A stretch of DNA of 63,566 bases, the filler included, from Candidatus Eiseniibacteriota bacterium (lineage in GTDB: Bacteria > Orphanbacterota > Orphanbacteria > Orphanbacterales > Orphanbacteraceae): the NCBI GenBank assembly GCA_043809585.1. It is 4 parts of 4 records of this genome, joined end to end, with 100 filler letters (N's around TTAATTAATTAA, not from the genome) between each part and the next. Parts side by side here need not be neighbours in the genome. Positions count along the whole stretch, not along the records: positions 1 to 22,047 come from JBDROZ010000035.1; 3 more parts are not named here. One strand, written 5' to 3'. The notes beneath the pieces were generated by a model. It had not been told where the DNA came from, searched no databases, and saw only the letters and a program-made list of their open reading frames with translations. The position numbers were made by a program, and so were the translations under genes. The first letter of the stretch is position 1; every line of letters starts with the position of its first letter. Shown piece after piece: positions 1-10,470 of this stretch.

Positions 1-2853
1 CTGGCAGAACCGGACGCTCGCCCCGATGTACGAGGTGCCGCTCAGCGTGACGGCCACGTCCCCGGCGGGCACGCCCACGATCGGGTCGTCGTTCCCGTCC
101 TTGACGGTGACGACGATGGTCATCGTCGAATCGCCGCCGCCGTTCGGCGACAGCATCAGATCATCGTTCACGGCGATCGTCGAGTACCCGGGATCTACTC
201 CCCCCATCAGGATCCCCTCGAGCAGGAAATCGTCCACCGCCGCCTCGACGAGGGATCCGTTGATTTCGTCGCTCGCGACGAAACGGAACTGGACCGTCGA
301 GGAGAGGCTCGGGAGGGCGAACTGCTTCTTCGACCAGCTGTTGTCCGAAGCGCTCGTGTTCTCCAGGTCGACCCAGCCGCCGCCGTCGTTCACCTGGACC
401 ACCCAGAAGTCCTCGCCCGGCGCGTTGCCCTGGTTGTTCGTGTACCAACGCCAGTAGGTGACGATCGCCATGGTGGCGTTCGAAAGATCGAAGACAGGCG
501 AGAGGATGGTCGTCTTGCCGCCGTCGACGTCATAGGTTCCGGCGCTCGAGCCGGCAAGCAGCCCCGTGGCGAAGCAGTTCACGCCCGGATCGGGCGTGTG
601 GTCGTCCTCGGGCTGGAGCTGACCGCTGTAGGTCGTGCCCTGCGGATCGCCCCACTCCCACATGCCGGTCGTGGCGTCGTCGTCGCCCACGCCGAGGGTC
701 CAGTCGGTCGGGTTCGATTCGAACTCGTTCTCGTAGATCGTCGTGAACGTGCCGACGAAGAACCCGTGGAGGTTGATCGGCGCGCCCGTCGGATGGGTGG
801 CCGAGTTGCCGTCGTCGTCCTCGCCGTAGACGTAGTACTCGACGTAGGAGCCGCCCGTCTGGGCCGGAATGTATCCGGTGTAGTCGTCGCCGCCCACGTT
901 CGCCATGCCCACGTTCGAGTAGGAGCCGCCGTCCACCCGGTAGTAGACCGCGCAGGCCCCTTCGTTGATGGTCGTCGCGTCGGAGGTGATCGTCGCCGTG
1001 ATCGCCGTCGGGCTCACCGTGCTCGGCTGCGATTCGACGGGCGTGTGGGTCAGATGGACCGGGCCGAGGATTTCGGGGCAGTCGAACCCGTGGTTCGTGG
1101 CGCCCACGCAGAACGCCGCGTGGTGGGGCGTCCCGTTGTCCAGGTCGCCGTCGTCGTCGTCGGCGACGAAGGTCCAGTACACCTGGTCCGGCGGGTTCTG
1201 GGGCAGGCCGAGGCGCCGGCCGAAGTGCCAGGCGTGGGCGACGACGCTGTCCGCGTAGGCCTGCGGGTAGGCCGCGAAAAGCTCCTGCATCGAGTCCCAG
1301 ATGAACCCGGAGATGATCTGGCCGCCCGTGTGGGTTTCGGACCAGTCCTGCGGGTACTGCATCGTGTTCTCGGCGTTCCGGATGCCGGACGTGCAGTTGT
1401 TCAGGTAGAAGCCGAGGCCGAGCCGCGGATCACGGGTGAAGAGCAGCGAGGCGACGTCCGAGTTCCCCTCGTGCAAGCCGCTACCCGGATCGTTCGGCCC
1501 GTAGAGCTGGTCGGTGATGCCGTGGCCGTACTCGTGCCACGCCACGTCGCCCATGCGGCCCGTGTTGCCGTACGTAGCCGACTGCACGCAGAAGTTCACG
1601 CCGTAGTAGTCGTACCAGGCGTTCCCCGGGCAGTAGCCGTCGGTCCGCTCCACGGAGACCGGCATCTGGTAGTCGAGGCCGGTGAAGGTCGGGTCGAGGG
1701 CCTTCAGCCAGCGGTGCTGCATGTTCAGGTACGCCCAGCAGTCCCGCTCGCTCGCGATGGAGTTCGCGTTGGTCCAGTTGATCGTGAGCGGCGTGCCCGG
1801 CGTGATCGAGCCGGAGTACGACGCGTTGGTTCCCGTGTAACGGTCGATGTTGAAGAAGATGCCGATGAAGTTCGACGTGATCGTGCGCGTGTCCGTCCCC
1901 CCGTACGGGAGGGAGAAGTCGCCGTTCACGTCCGACTCGGCGGTGCCGACGCCGGAGATGGGAAGGCGCATCTGCTCCAGCCCGTAGCCGGCGGTGACGC
2001 CGTCGCAGTAACCCATCCACTCGACGTCGCCCTGCACGTTCCCCGTGAAGTCGACGTGGCGGATCAGGCTCCGCCGCCAGAGGATCTCGCCGGTCGAGGC
2101 GTCGACGTAGGTCTCCCAGTGCCCGTACGGGTTCTGGGCGAAGATGTCGAACCGGTAGGCGAGATGATAGGTCAGGGCGAGCTCCTCGCCGTTCGACTCG
2201 CGGGTCGGCAGGATGACGAGTTCTTCGTAGGTGATCTCGTCGGTGCCGTCCACGTAACCGACGTCGCTCCCCGCGATGGAGAGCGCCTCGGCCCGGGAGA
2301 GGGACGGATTCGTGCTCAATTCCACGCCCGGCATGACGTCGGAACCGAACGCGAAGATCCGGCCGCTCTCGGTGAAGACCACGTGGGCCCGGCCGTCGAC
2401 GACCCGAACGCCGTTCACGACCTGGTCGAAGTGGGCCACCCATTTGCCGGCGCCGCTCTGCATCTCCGCGCCCCGGAGGTCGGCCCCGTCCGATCCGAAG
2501 AGATCGGCGTTCGCCCCGATGAAGTCGCGGGCGGAGCGCTCGGCCGTCTCGGCCGACGGGATGCCGGCCGCGAAGGAGAACCCGGAACCGTAAACCCGGT
2601 GAAGGCTACCGGTCACGATGTTCCGGTTGTAATTCCAGTGGCCGCCGTAGCGGGCGACGAGCCCGCTCAAGGGGGAGGCCTTGGCGAGACCGGTCTCGCC
2701 GGCCGGTCCGATCCAGAGTCCCGAATCCTCCCAACCGGCCCTCGGCACCTCGAGGCGGTTGACCTCGGGCACCTCTTGGAAGGCGAGCGCTATGCCCGCC
2801 CACAAGAACAGGGCGGCCAGAGGGACGAGGGGCAGCTTTCGCCTGAGGCGCAT
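1..2853 (-). CDS. Large secreted zinc metallopeptidase (thermolysin M4/fungalysin M36-like) with propeptide and C-terminal beta domains; 3' end runs off the window
   Basis: Not in the ORF track because it has no stop in the window. Manual translation: signal peptide MRLRRKLPLVPLAALFLWAGIALA, propeptide-like YVDASTGEILW, zinc motif VAWHEYGHGITD followed by GLHEGNSD; AAGGAG SD upstream of the ATG at 2853. Confidence 0.85.
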   Translation of the reverse strand, partial: MRLRRKLPLVPLAALFLWAGIALAFQEVPEVNRLEVPRAGWEDSGLWIGPAGETGLAKASPLSGLVARYGGHWNYNRNIVTGSLHRVYGSGFSFAAGIPSAETAERSARDFIGANADLFGSDGADLRGAEMQSGAGKWVAHFDQVVNGVRVVDGRAHVVFTESGRIFAFGSDVMPGVELSTNPSLSRAEALSIAGSDVGYVDGTDEITYEELVILPTRESNGEELALTYHLAYRFDIFAQNPYGHWETYVDASTGEILWRRSLIRHVDFTGNVQGDVEWMGYCDGVTAGYGLEQMRLPISGVGTAESDVNGDFSLPYGGTDTRTITSNFIGIFFNIDRYTGTNASYSGSITPGTPLTINWTNANSIASERDCWAYLNMQHRWLKALDPTFTGLDYQMPVSVERTDGYCPGNAWYDYYGVNFCVQSATYGNTGRMGDVAWHEYGHGITDQLYGPNDPGSGLHEGNSDVASLLFTRDPRLGLGFYLNNCTSGIRNAENTMQYPQDWSETHTGGQIISGFIWDSMQELFAAYPQAYADSVVAHAWHFGRRLGLPQNPPDQVYWTFVADDDDGDLDNGTPHHAAFCVGATNHGFDCPEILGPVHLTHTPVESQPSTVSPTAITATITSDATTINEGACAVYYRVDGGSYSNVGMANVGGDDYTGYIPAQTGGSYVEYYVYGEDDDGNSATHPTGAPINLHGFFVGTFTTIYENEFESNPTDWTLGVGDDDATTGMWEWGDPQGTTYSGQLQPEDDHTPDPGVNCFATGLLAGSSAGTYDVDGGKTTILSPVFDLSNATMAIVTYWRWYTNNQGNAPGEDFWVVQVNDGGGWVDLENTSASDNSWSKKQFALPSLSSTVQFRFVASDEINGSLVEAAVDDFLLEGILMGGVDPGYSTIAVNDDLMLSPNGGGDSTMTIVVTVKDGNDDPIVGVPAGDVAVTLSGTSYIGASVRFCQ

Positions 2854-3042
2854 ACTCTTCATCTCCTTTCCCGGTGTCGCCGCCGGGACGCGCACTGACC
2901 TCAGGGCGCGAACCCGCCGGACACGGTAGAAATCGACATTCTCGCACACCTTGGAATTCACGAGGACCGAGTTACGAATCAACTTCGAGGGAGCCTTTCG
3001 CTCGGGGAGCGGAACCTGGCGCTAAAGGGAGGAGCAAGTAAA

Positions 3043-3071
3043 AGGCTATCATAGGCATTGGGGAATGTCAA
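3043..3071 (-). promoter_or_regulatory. Candidate sigma70 promoter of the peptidase gene
   Basis: Minus strand TTGACA-17 nt-TAGCCT with an extended -10 TG. Confidence 0.45.
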
Positions 3072-3243
3072 ACACTATATCGGTTTACGCCGATTTCGCC
3101 CCTCGCCGGTGCCCGGTGGGGGGCCGGCGGGGCCGGTGAGGCACCGCGGCGGTGCCCGGGGGCTGGCGTTTCGGGGCGGAGCGACGTAAGATCAAGATCG
3201 ATCGCCCCCTTCCATTTCCGGCGTCTTCATCGGGGAGAGAGTC

Positions 3244-3717
3244 ATGAGCGAATCGCGGGCGGAAGCGTACCGCCGGGCCCTCGGCGAGATTCGGGCCGTG
3301 ACGGAGGGGGTCGACGACTGGATCGCGAACCTGGCGAACGCGGCGGCGATCCTCTACGAGCGGCTCCCCTTTTCATGGATCGGCTTCTACCGGGTCCGGG
3401 GGGACGAGATGATTCTGGGGCCGTTCCAGGGGAAGAGCGCCTGCGTGCGCATCGCCCGGGGCCGGGGGGTCTGCGGGGCTGCGTGGGCCGAGGATCGGAC
3501 CCAGGTGGTGCCGGACGTGCACGCCTTTCCGGGGCACATCGCCTGCGACGAAGCGAGCCGGTCCGAAGTGGTCGTGCCGCTCCACTTCCCGGACGGATCG
3601 GTCTGGGGCGTCTTCGACGTGGACAGCCGGGAGCCGGACGACTTCTCCGCGGACGACGTGGCCGCCCTCGATGAGATCGCCCGCCTCGTCGAGACCCTTC
3701 TCGCCCGGACCGGCTAG
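3244..3717 (+). CDS. msrC: GAF-domain free methionine-R-sulfoxide reductase
   Basis: Motifs LGPFQGKSAC, GRGVCG, DVHAFPGHIACD, SRSEVVVP. Confidence 0.85.
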   Translation: MSESRAEAYRRALGEIRAVTEGVDDWIANLANAAAILYERLPFSWIGFYRVRGDEMILGPFQGKSACVRIARGRGVCGAAWAEDRTQVVPDVHAFPGHIACDEASRSEVVVPLHFPDGSVWGVFDVDSREPDDFSADDVAALDEIARLVETLLARTG

Positions 3718-5711
3718 TGTCTCTCCCCTACCTCCTGCTGCTTCATCAGGCGGGCCCGGGCGAGGCTCGCGCCGAGCCGGGGATAGGCGGGATCGATCGC
3801 CCGCAGCCGCTCCCAAACCCGGATCGCCCCGTCGAGATCACCCTCCCTGGCGAGGGCGACTCCCAGGTTGTACAGGCCCCGCCCCGACTCGGGATCGAGA
3901 CCGACGTGCCGGCGGAAGAGGGCGACCGCTTCGTCCAACCGCCCCTGGCGGGCGCGCAGCAATCCGAGGTTGAGATAGGGATCGGCCAGCTCCGAATCGG
4001 CGCGGATGGCCCGCCCGAGGTATTCGGCGGCGAGGGAGTCTTCCCCGGTCTGGAAGTGGAGGGCCCCGAGATTGGCGAGCGCGAAGGGGTCCCCCGGGTC
4101 CTCCTCGACAAGGGATCGCAGGATCCCGAGCGCCTCGTCGGTCCGTCCCGCCCCCGCGAGAAGCGTCGCCCGGTCGTTCCGGGCGATCCGCCCGTCCCTC
4201 CCCGAAGCCGCCAGCGTATCGTAGATGCGCGCCGCCTCGTCGGTCTCGCCTCGGGCCTGGTGCACGCGCGCGAGGCCGCGCATCGCATCGGGGAATCCGG
4301 GGCGAATTTCGAGAGCCCGCCGATACGCCGCCTCCGCTTCCGTGAGGTCCCCGCTCCGGAGCCACGAACTCCCGAGCCGCGCTTCAGGACCGGCGAAGTC
4401 GAGCCGATGCGCGGGGGCGTGGGAGAGCAGGAGCAGAGGGAGGATCAGCGCCGCGACGGGCCGCTTCGATCTCAGATGGCCGGCCCACGCCGCCGCCCCG
4501 CCCCCCGCGAGGACGATCAGCGCTGGCAGCGCGGGGAGGCGGTACCGGCCGGTGACGAAGAAGAGGAGCGCCACGGTAAGCCCCGTGAGCGCCACGATCC
4601 CGAGCATCCCCTTCGCCCCCTCCCGGAACCGGCCGAAGGCGAGACCGTAAAGGCCGAACGCGCAGACCGCGCCGAAAAGGGGGAAGGGAAACCGCAGCAC
4701 CGGTGAATACCGCCGGAGAAAGTAGAGATCCTCGTTGTTCGGGATCTCGTAGTCGTTCACGAAGAGATAGGCCTTTCTCACGAGGAGCGCCGCGGCCCGC
4801 GCGGGGTCCGCGGCGAGTTCGGCGAGCCCCTTCCGGAACCAGAACCGGGAGACCTCCGCCCTCGTCATGTCCCGCCCCGTCTCCTTGATCGCCGCCGTCC
4901 GGGCGTCCCGGGCGAACCCCTCCGGCGTCGATCGGATCCCCTCCACCGGGGCGAGCGTCCCGTCCGCCCCCCGGTGGTTCCCGAGGAAGAAGTGAATCCC
5001 TCCGTGGGAGGTGACGGGCACGAAGCCGCCCGCCGTCATCGAGTTCCGGACGCTGAAAGGGGCCACGAGGAGCGCCATGCCGGCGAGAAAGAGAAGGGTC
5101 CCCCGGAGGCGCGCCGGCGAGAGAAAGAGCCATGCCGCGAGGGGGAGGGCGAGAGGGAGGAGGTCGGGCCGGTTCAGCGCCGATGCGCCGAGCGCGATTC
5201 CGGCGCCGAAAGCCGCCGCCGGCCGGGAACGGGCTCTCATCAGCAGGGCGAGAAGCAGGGCGCCCAGAAAGGGAACGAGCGCGGCGCTCTGGAGCGTCCC
5301 CTCGGCCATCACGAAGGGGGGATAGAGCGCGGCGCCGAGTCCCGCCACAACGCCTGCCTTCCGGCCCGCGACCCGTGCCGCCACCGCGCCGATCAGCAGG
5401 GCCGCGGCGGCGCCGAACCCCGCCTGGAGGAGCCTCGGCGCGAGCGGCCCCTGCCCCGCGATCTTGCCGATCCCGGCGAGCCAGTAGGCGTAGAGAGGCG
5501 CCGCGTCGGCGATCCCCCGGGGGAAGAGGTCGCCCCGGGCGATCGCCCGTGCGAGGGACCCGTACAGATCCGCGTCCAATCCCTCGTAGGGCCACGCGAA
5601 ACTGGGCAGGCGCCGGATTCCGAAGACGTGGGCGGAACGGATCGCGAGGGCAAGCAGGAAGAGGGCCCCTCCGAGCGGCCGCCCCATCGATCGAAGGCTC
5701 TTGTCGTCCAT
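3714..5711 (-). CDS. Polytopic membrane protein, GT-C/ArnT-PMT-like, with C-terminal TPR repeats
   Basis: Many hydrophobic segments with APLYAYWLA and LNRPD motifs; TPR-like repeats (EAEAAYRRALEIRP, YLNLG, YNLGV). Start chosen at MDDKS. Confidence 0.7.
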   Translation of the reverse strand: MDDKSLRSMGRPLGGALFLLALAIRSAHVFGIRRLPSFAWPYEGLDADLYGSLARAIARGDLFPRGIADAAPLYAYWLAGIGKIAGQGPLAPRLLQAGFGAAAALLIGAVAARVAGRKAGVVAGLGAALYPPFVMAEGTLQSAALVPFLGALLLALLMRARSRPAAAFGAGIALGASALNRPDLLPLALPLAAWLFLSPARLRGTLLFLAGMALLVAPFSVRNSMTAGGFVPVTSHGGIHFFLGNHRGADGTLAPVEGIRSTPEGFARDARTAAIKETGRDMTRAEVSRFWFRKGLAELAADPARAAALLVRKAYLFVNDYEIPNNEDLYFLRRYSPVLRFPFPLFGAVCAFGLYGLAFGRFREGAKGMLGIVALTGLTVALLFFVTGRYRLPALPALIVLAGGGAAAWAGHLRSKRPVAALILPLLLLSHAPAHRLDFAGPEARLGSSWLRSGDLTEAEAAYRRALEIRPGFPDAMRGLARVHQARGETDEAARIYDTLAASGRDGRIARNDRATLLAGAGRTDEALGILRSLVEEDPGDPFALANLGALHFQTGEDSLAAEYLGRAIRADSELADPYLNLGLLRARQGRLDEAVALFRRHVGLDPESGRGLYNLGVALAREGDLDGAIRVWERLRAIDPAYPRLGASLARARLMKQQEVGERH

Positions 5712-5811
5712 CACTCCGCTCTTATACCACCTCGGGGGGGCCGGCGCCGCCCTTTTCGCGACGCTCTTCCGATGATATGCTTCCCCGAGAACGGAACGTA
5801 GGAGGGTCTTC

Positions 5812-6237
5812 ATGAAGGTGTGGGAGTACGACGGCGGAGACCGGTACCTGGTGCGCGTCGACCGGGGCGAGGAATTGACGGACACCCTTCGGGCCGTCGC
5901 GAAGGAGAAGGGGATCCATGCGGGGCGAATTGCCGGCATCGGCGCTCTCCGGGACGCGGAGCTCGGCTACTTCGACGTGGACCGGAAGGAGTATCTTCGG
6001 GGAATCGTCGAGGGGAGCTGGGAGCTTCTTTCGCTGACCGGCAACGTCAGCCTCCGGAGCGGCGAGCCGGTCCCCCACATCCACGTGATTCTCGGCGACG
6101 CCAACCTGAACTGCAAAGGGGGCCATCTCTTCTCGGGGGTCGTCAGCGTCACCGGCGAGATCTTCATCGACCGGCTTCCCGGCGCCCTCCACCGGGAGAC
6201 GGATCCCGAGGTCGATCTTCCTCTTCTCGGAGGGTAG
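5812..6237 (+). CDS. PPC/DUF296 domain protein
   Basis: GIGA...ELLSLTGN...HIHVILGD...GGHL signature. Confidence 0.85.
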   Translation: MKVWEYDGGDRYLVRVDRGEELTDTLRAVAKEKGIHAGRIAGIGALRDAELGYFDVDRKEYLRGIVEGSWELLSLTGNVSLRSGEPVPHIHVILGDANLNCKGGHLFSGVVSVTGEIFIDRLPGALHRETDPEVDLPLLGG

Positions 6238-6463
6238 CCGGCCGGCCGTACCGGTTCGAACGCCCGGGGCCGGAAACCGTACGATCTCCGGCGACCTTTT
6301 CCTCGCCCATGAACGGGCGGCTTGATTCTTGGTTCGTTTAATTTCTTTTTTTGCAAGATGTTATATGGTTTCATCCTGCGCCCTCTTCTCCGGCACGCTC
6401 CTTGCACTTCCTCTCAGCCCGGACGAGAAAAGCGGGCCGACACCTGAAAGGAGGAGAGATGAA

Positions 6464-7579
6464 ATGAGAATCGCCAAGACTCTGCTGGCCCTCGCGACGG
6501 TTTCCCTGGTCATGTTTCTATTCGGTTGCGGTGAGAATTCGCCTACCGATTCGGGGTCGATCCCGGACGGCGAAGAGAACGTCGATCTGAACGCCGAGTT
6601 CGGCGGGTACGAGGCGACGGACGAGGCCGCGGCCTTCGGCATGGGCGACCTCGAGAAGATGGCGGAGGACGGTGTCGAGGCGCACGACCAAGTGGCGGAA
6701 GAGTCCGAAGTGGTCGCCCTCGGGGCGGCGCCGGCCACGAACGTGTACGTCCTTCGTCTCGCGTGGGGCATGCTCGAGGGGGACTCGAGCGTCACCGTGG
6801 AGACGGACTGGTCCGGCTCGATCTCCGTCGACCGGGGGGCCGTGATCGTGGAGCGCGTGATCCGGTTCGAGCCGGGCGACTACGTCGTGAGGCCCCGGAC
6901 CGACCGCACCGTCGTCGATCTCGTGTCGAAGACGGCGCCCCACTGGGACGGTCTCCTGATCACCCTGCTCGATCCGGCCGAAGATTCGCTCGCCCAAGTG
7001 GAAAACGTTCTTCGCATCTCCCTCGGCGGATTCGAGACGAGCTACACGACGGTCCAACTGGCGGAACTCGAGGAGATCATCGACGTCGATCTGACCGGGA
7101 ATCAGTTCTCCGTGAACGCTTTCCTGGTCGACGAATTCCCCTGCGGGCGGGGCTTCCTCTCCGGCGAGTGGCGGCACACGAACGTCGAGGGGGGGGACTT
7201 CCGGGGCCGGTGGTCGAGCTACGACGGTGAGAACCGGGGGTTCGTCCGCGGCCAGTGGGGCCTCAACGAGGAAGGCAGAAAGGTCTTCTTCGGCAAGTAC
7301 ATTTTCGCCGACGGCGCGTTCGGCGGCCTCCTTCGGGGTCACTGGGGCTTCGGGGAGAGCCGGGGGTCCGGCTTCTTCCGAGGTGCCTGGCACGGCGAAA
7401 ACGAAATCAGGGGATTGCTCCACGGCGTCTGGCGACACGAGTGGCGCGGACCGGACAGTGGACCGAACAACGGGAACCGCCCGGGCGAGACCCTCGATCG
7501 GGGCCGCGGTTTCTTCCACGGCCGCTGGTTCCGGGCCTGTGACCCAAGCGAAGTCACGGACGAGTTCCAGGAGTCCTAG
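6464..7579 (+). CDS. Hypothetical lipoprotein with Gly/aromatic repeats
   Basis: AGGAGG SD; signal peptide ending LFGC; repeated GxxxGxW motifs in the C-terminal half. Confidence 0.7.
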   Translation: MRIAKTLLALATVSLVMFLFGCGENSPTDSGSIPDGEENVDLNAEFGGYEATDEAAAFGMGDLEKMAEDGVEAHDQVAEESEVVALGAAPATNVYVLRLAWGMLEGDSSVTVETDWSGSISVDRGAVIVERVIRFEPGDYVVRPRTDRTVVDLVSKTAPHWDGLLITLLDPAEDSLAQVENVLRISLGGFETSYTTVQLAELEEIIDVDLTGNQFSVNAFLVDEFPCGRGFLSGEWRHTNVEGGDFRGRWSSYDGENRGFVRGQWGLNEEGRKVFFGKYIFADGAFGGLLRGHWGFGESRGSGFFRGAWHGENEIRGLLHGVWRHEWRGPDSGPNNGNRPGETLDRGRGFFHGRWFRACDPSEVTDEFQES

Positions 7580-7713
7580 TCCGGATTTCCGATCCTACCC
7601 TCCTCTCGGCGATCCACATCCACACACCAGCGGGGCGCTCCTCGAGGGGGGCGCCCCGTCCCGCATTCCCCGCGATTCCCTTTTCCCCCCTCCCCCCGAA
7701 TCCGCTAAAGTGA

Positions 7714-10254
7714 ATGGTGGAGGTAGAGACCTTGCCGGAGACTCCCGCGATCCTTCGAGCCGCCCTTCTCTGTCTGCCCCTCCTCGCCGCCGCCTGCGGC
7801 GGATCGGGGGAAGGCGATCCGTGGCTTTTCATGGACGGCGATCTCTCCCGCCTGCCCGAACTCTCGGGCGCCGAGAGCGTCCACTTTTCCTCCCACGACA
7901 GGACCGGCGGGAACGACGACGGATTCTCCGGCCTCTTCTCCCGGATCAGAATCGACGAGAACCGGGAGCACGTGCTCGCCGAAATGGACGGGCCGGGGTG
8001 CGTGAAGCGCCTCTGGATGACATGGCCCGGTCGGCCGACGAACCTGCGCGTCTACCTGGACGGGGAGTCGACCCCGACCGTCGACATCCCCATCGACGAG
8101 TTCTTTTCCGGGACCCGTCCTCCCTTCGTTCCCCCCTGGACCGGCGGCGACCAGAAGTTCGGAGGCGTGGAGTTCTCCTACATCCCGATCCCCTTCGAGA
8201 AGAGCGTGAAGATCACGACGGCGAAGGGCGTTCGGTTCTACCAGATCGACATCCATCGCTATCCGAAAGGGACGAAGATCGCCACCTTCGAGCTTCCGCC
8301 GTCGGACGAGTACGTCGAGCGTCTCGAGCGGTCGAAGACCCTTCTGGAGGCGCTCCCCGGCGAGGCCGTCACGGACGGACCCTGGACCGTCGAGAAGGGG
8401 GAGAAGGACGAGGAAATCCGGCTCGACCTCGAGATCCCCCCCGGCGGGGCGGTCCCTCTCCTGGAGTCCGATGATCGGGGCGTCGTCAGGGAGATCCGTC
8501 TTTTTGTCGACGGAGGGAGGGACGCCCTCCGGGAGACCGTCCTCGAAGCGTGGTGGGACGGGGAATCGGCCCGGTATGAATCCGGGGAGGACCCGTCCGT
8601 ATCGTCCCCCGTGGCCGACCTCTTCGGCAGCGGCATCGGTCCGGTCACGGTCCGCACCGTCGCCGTCATCTCCTCCGGACAGACGGGGATCCTCCGCTTC
8701 CCCATGCCCTACGATCGCGCCCGGATCAGGCTCCGGAACCGCGGCGCCGAGCCGGTCCGGGCGCGGGCGGCCCTCCTCGTCGGCCCCCGGAAGCGCTCGA
8801 AGCGCGAGGGCCGGTTCCACGTCCGCTCCCGCTCCTCGAAGAGCGTCGCCGGCGAGCCCGTCATCCTCCTCCTCACCGAGGGGGAAGGGCACTTCGTGGG
8901 GACCCATCTCTCGGTGCGAAGCGCCGACGGCACCTCCCGGTTCCTCGAGGGGGACGAGTGGATCTACGTCGATGCCGATACCCTTCCCCGCCACATCGGC
9001 ACGGGCACGGAGGACTATTTCAACGGTGGATGGTATTTCGCCCGGGCCGCGGCGGATCTCCCGTTTCACGCCGTCTCCTTCCGGAGCGAGGACTTCGCGC
9101 CCTTCCTTTCCGCGATCCGCCATCACCTGACGGACCGGATCTCCTTCCGGAGCCGATTCGCCTTTCTCCTCGAGCACGGAGAGTCGAGGAACGCCCCCGG
9201 CGCGACCTACGAACCCCTGGCGATCTGGTATCAACGGGAGCCCCACCGCGCCGAGCCGGACGCGGTGCTCCCGGAACATCTCCTCCGGCGGGCCCCCGTC
9301 TTTCCCGCCCATTTGACCTCTTCCCTCTCCGGGGTCGGGCCGGCCGATTCCCTCTTCGCCCTCGCGAGGCCTCTTCCCCTCGGCGGGGCACGGATCCCGT
9401 GGGCGTCTTTTTACGCCGATGCCCAGCTACTCACGGAGGGGTCTCCGGCGCTCGACTTCCGGATTCCGGTGTCCGCGGAGGGGCGTTATCGGGTGCGCGT
9501 GGCCCACGGGCGGGGACCCGGGTTCCGGGACCTGGCCGTGACGTTCGACGGTCGGGTCCTCTTCTCCTCCCTCGACGCCGGCGCGGACACCCTCGTTCCG
9601 GTGGTCCTCTCCCCGAAGACGACGATCGGGATCGCCGAAGGGGATCACGACGTCGAAGTTCGCGCGGCCGGTCCGGACCGCGGGGGGAGCGGGGCGGCCG
9701 GGTCCGACGTGATCGGCGTCGTACACGGCCTCCTTCTCGAGCCGACCGAGGCCTTCGCCGGCCGGTGGCTCGTCCTCGGACCTTTCGAGGACTACGCCGG
9801 GCAACGGTTCGACTTCCGGTATCCGCCCGAGGAGGAGATCGGGGAGCAGGGAGTCCGTTGGGCCCGCTCGTACCGGGGCATGGGGGACGAATCGATCCGC
9901 TGGAAGCCGGCGGTGGCCGGGCCGAACGGCTTCGTCGATCTCCGGGAGGCGATCGGCCCCGGCACGCACCGGATCGCCTACGCCGTGACGTGGGTGGACA
10001 GTCCCCGGGCGCGGAGGGCCCTCTTCTCCCTCGGCTCCGACGACGGCGCCCAGGTCTGGCTGAACGGGGTGAGGATCTGGAGGAACCCGGTGCACCGGGC
10101 ATGGGCGAATGACCAGGACCGCTTCACCGGCGATCTTCGGATGGGAAGAAACGAGATTCTCGTCAAGGTGAACCAGGGCATCGCCGGTTGGGGATTCTCC
10201 CTCCGCCTCAGCGACGCCAAGGGCGATCTCGCCTACCGGGACCGCCCGTTCTAG
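7714..10254 (+). CDS. DUF2961 (GH172-like) lipoprotein with C-terminal beta-sandwich modules
   Basis: SSHDRTGGNDDG, GPGCVKRLWMT, LEGDE, GTGTEDYFNGGWYF motifs; lipobox LAAAC; C-terminal GSDDGAQVWLNG module. Start uncertain. Confidence 0.75.
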   Translation: MVEVETLPETPAILRAALLCLPLLAAACGGSGEGDPWLFMDGDLSRLPELSGAESVHFSSHDRTGGNDDGFSGLFSRIRIDENREHVLAEMDGPGCVKRLWMTWPGRPTNLRVYLDGESTPTVDIPIDEFFSGTRPPFVPPWTGGDQKFGGVEFSYIPIPFEKSVKITTAKGVRFYQIDIHRYPKGTKIATFELPPSDEYVERLERSKTLLEALPGEAVTDGPWTVEKGEKDEEIRLDLEIPPGGAVPLLESDDRGVVREIRLFVDGGRDALRETVLEAWWDGESARYESGEDPSVSSPVADLFGSGIGPVTVRTVAVISSGQTGILRFPMPYDRARIRLRNRGAEPVRARAALLVGPRKRSKREGRFHVRSRSSKSVAGEPVILLLTEGEGHFVGTHLSVRSADGTSRFLEGDEWIYVDADTLPRHIGTGTEDYFNGGWYFARAAADLPFHAVSFRSEDFAPFLSAIRHHLTDRISFRSRFAFLLEHGESRNAPGATYEPLAIWYQREPHRAEPDAVLPEHLLRRAPVFPAHLTSSLSGVGPADSLFALARPLPLGGARIPWASFYADAQLLTEGSPALDFRIPVSAEGRYRVRVAHGRGPGFRDLAVTFDGRVLFSSLDAGADTLVPVVLSPKTTIGIAEGDHDVEVRAAGPDRGGSGAAGSDVIGVVHGLLLEPTEAFAGRWLVLGPFEDYAGQRFDFRYPPEEEIGEQGVRWARSYRGMGDESIRWKPAVAGPNGFVDLREAIGPGTHRIAYAVTWVDSPRARRALFSLGSDDGAQVWLNGVRIWRNPVHRAWANDQDRFTGDLRMGRNEILVKVNQGIAGWGFSLRLSDAKGDLAYRDRPF

Positions 10255-10371
10255 CCTCGATCTTTCAAGAGACTCACACGTTTTGGGCCAACTCGGGGAG
10301 CCAGGGGGTCAGGGCTGAGCGGCGAGTTCCGCAGCGCGCCGGTCTCAACCTGGGGAGAAACGGCGGAGAAA

Positions 10372-10462
10372 CGGGGACACAATACCGAACAGGGAGAAAC
10401 GGGGACACAATACCGAATTCGAATTCGGTATTGTGTCCCCCGGAGTGTTGTGTCCCCCGGAG
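10372..10462. repeat. REP-like GGGGACAC/GTGTCCCC cluster containing a perfect 40-bp palindrome (10401-10440)
   Basis: GGGGACACAATACCGAATTC|GAATTCGGTATTGTGTCCCC plus extra half-copies on both sides. Confidence 0.85.
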
Positions 10463-10470
10463 TGTTAAGG

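Noticed and set aside
598-2898. Long ORFs antisense to real genes (598-2898, 10450-13752, 25059-28979, 53156-56410, 30699-32453 and others)
   Set aside because: Shadow frames typical of high-GC coding DNA; the opposite strand carries clear protein motifs.
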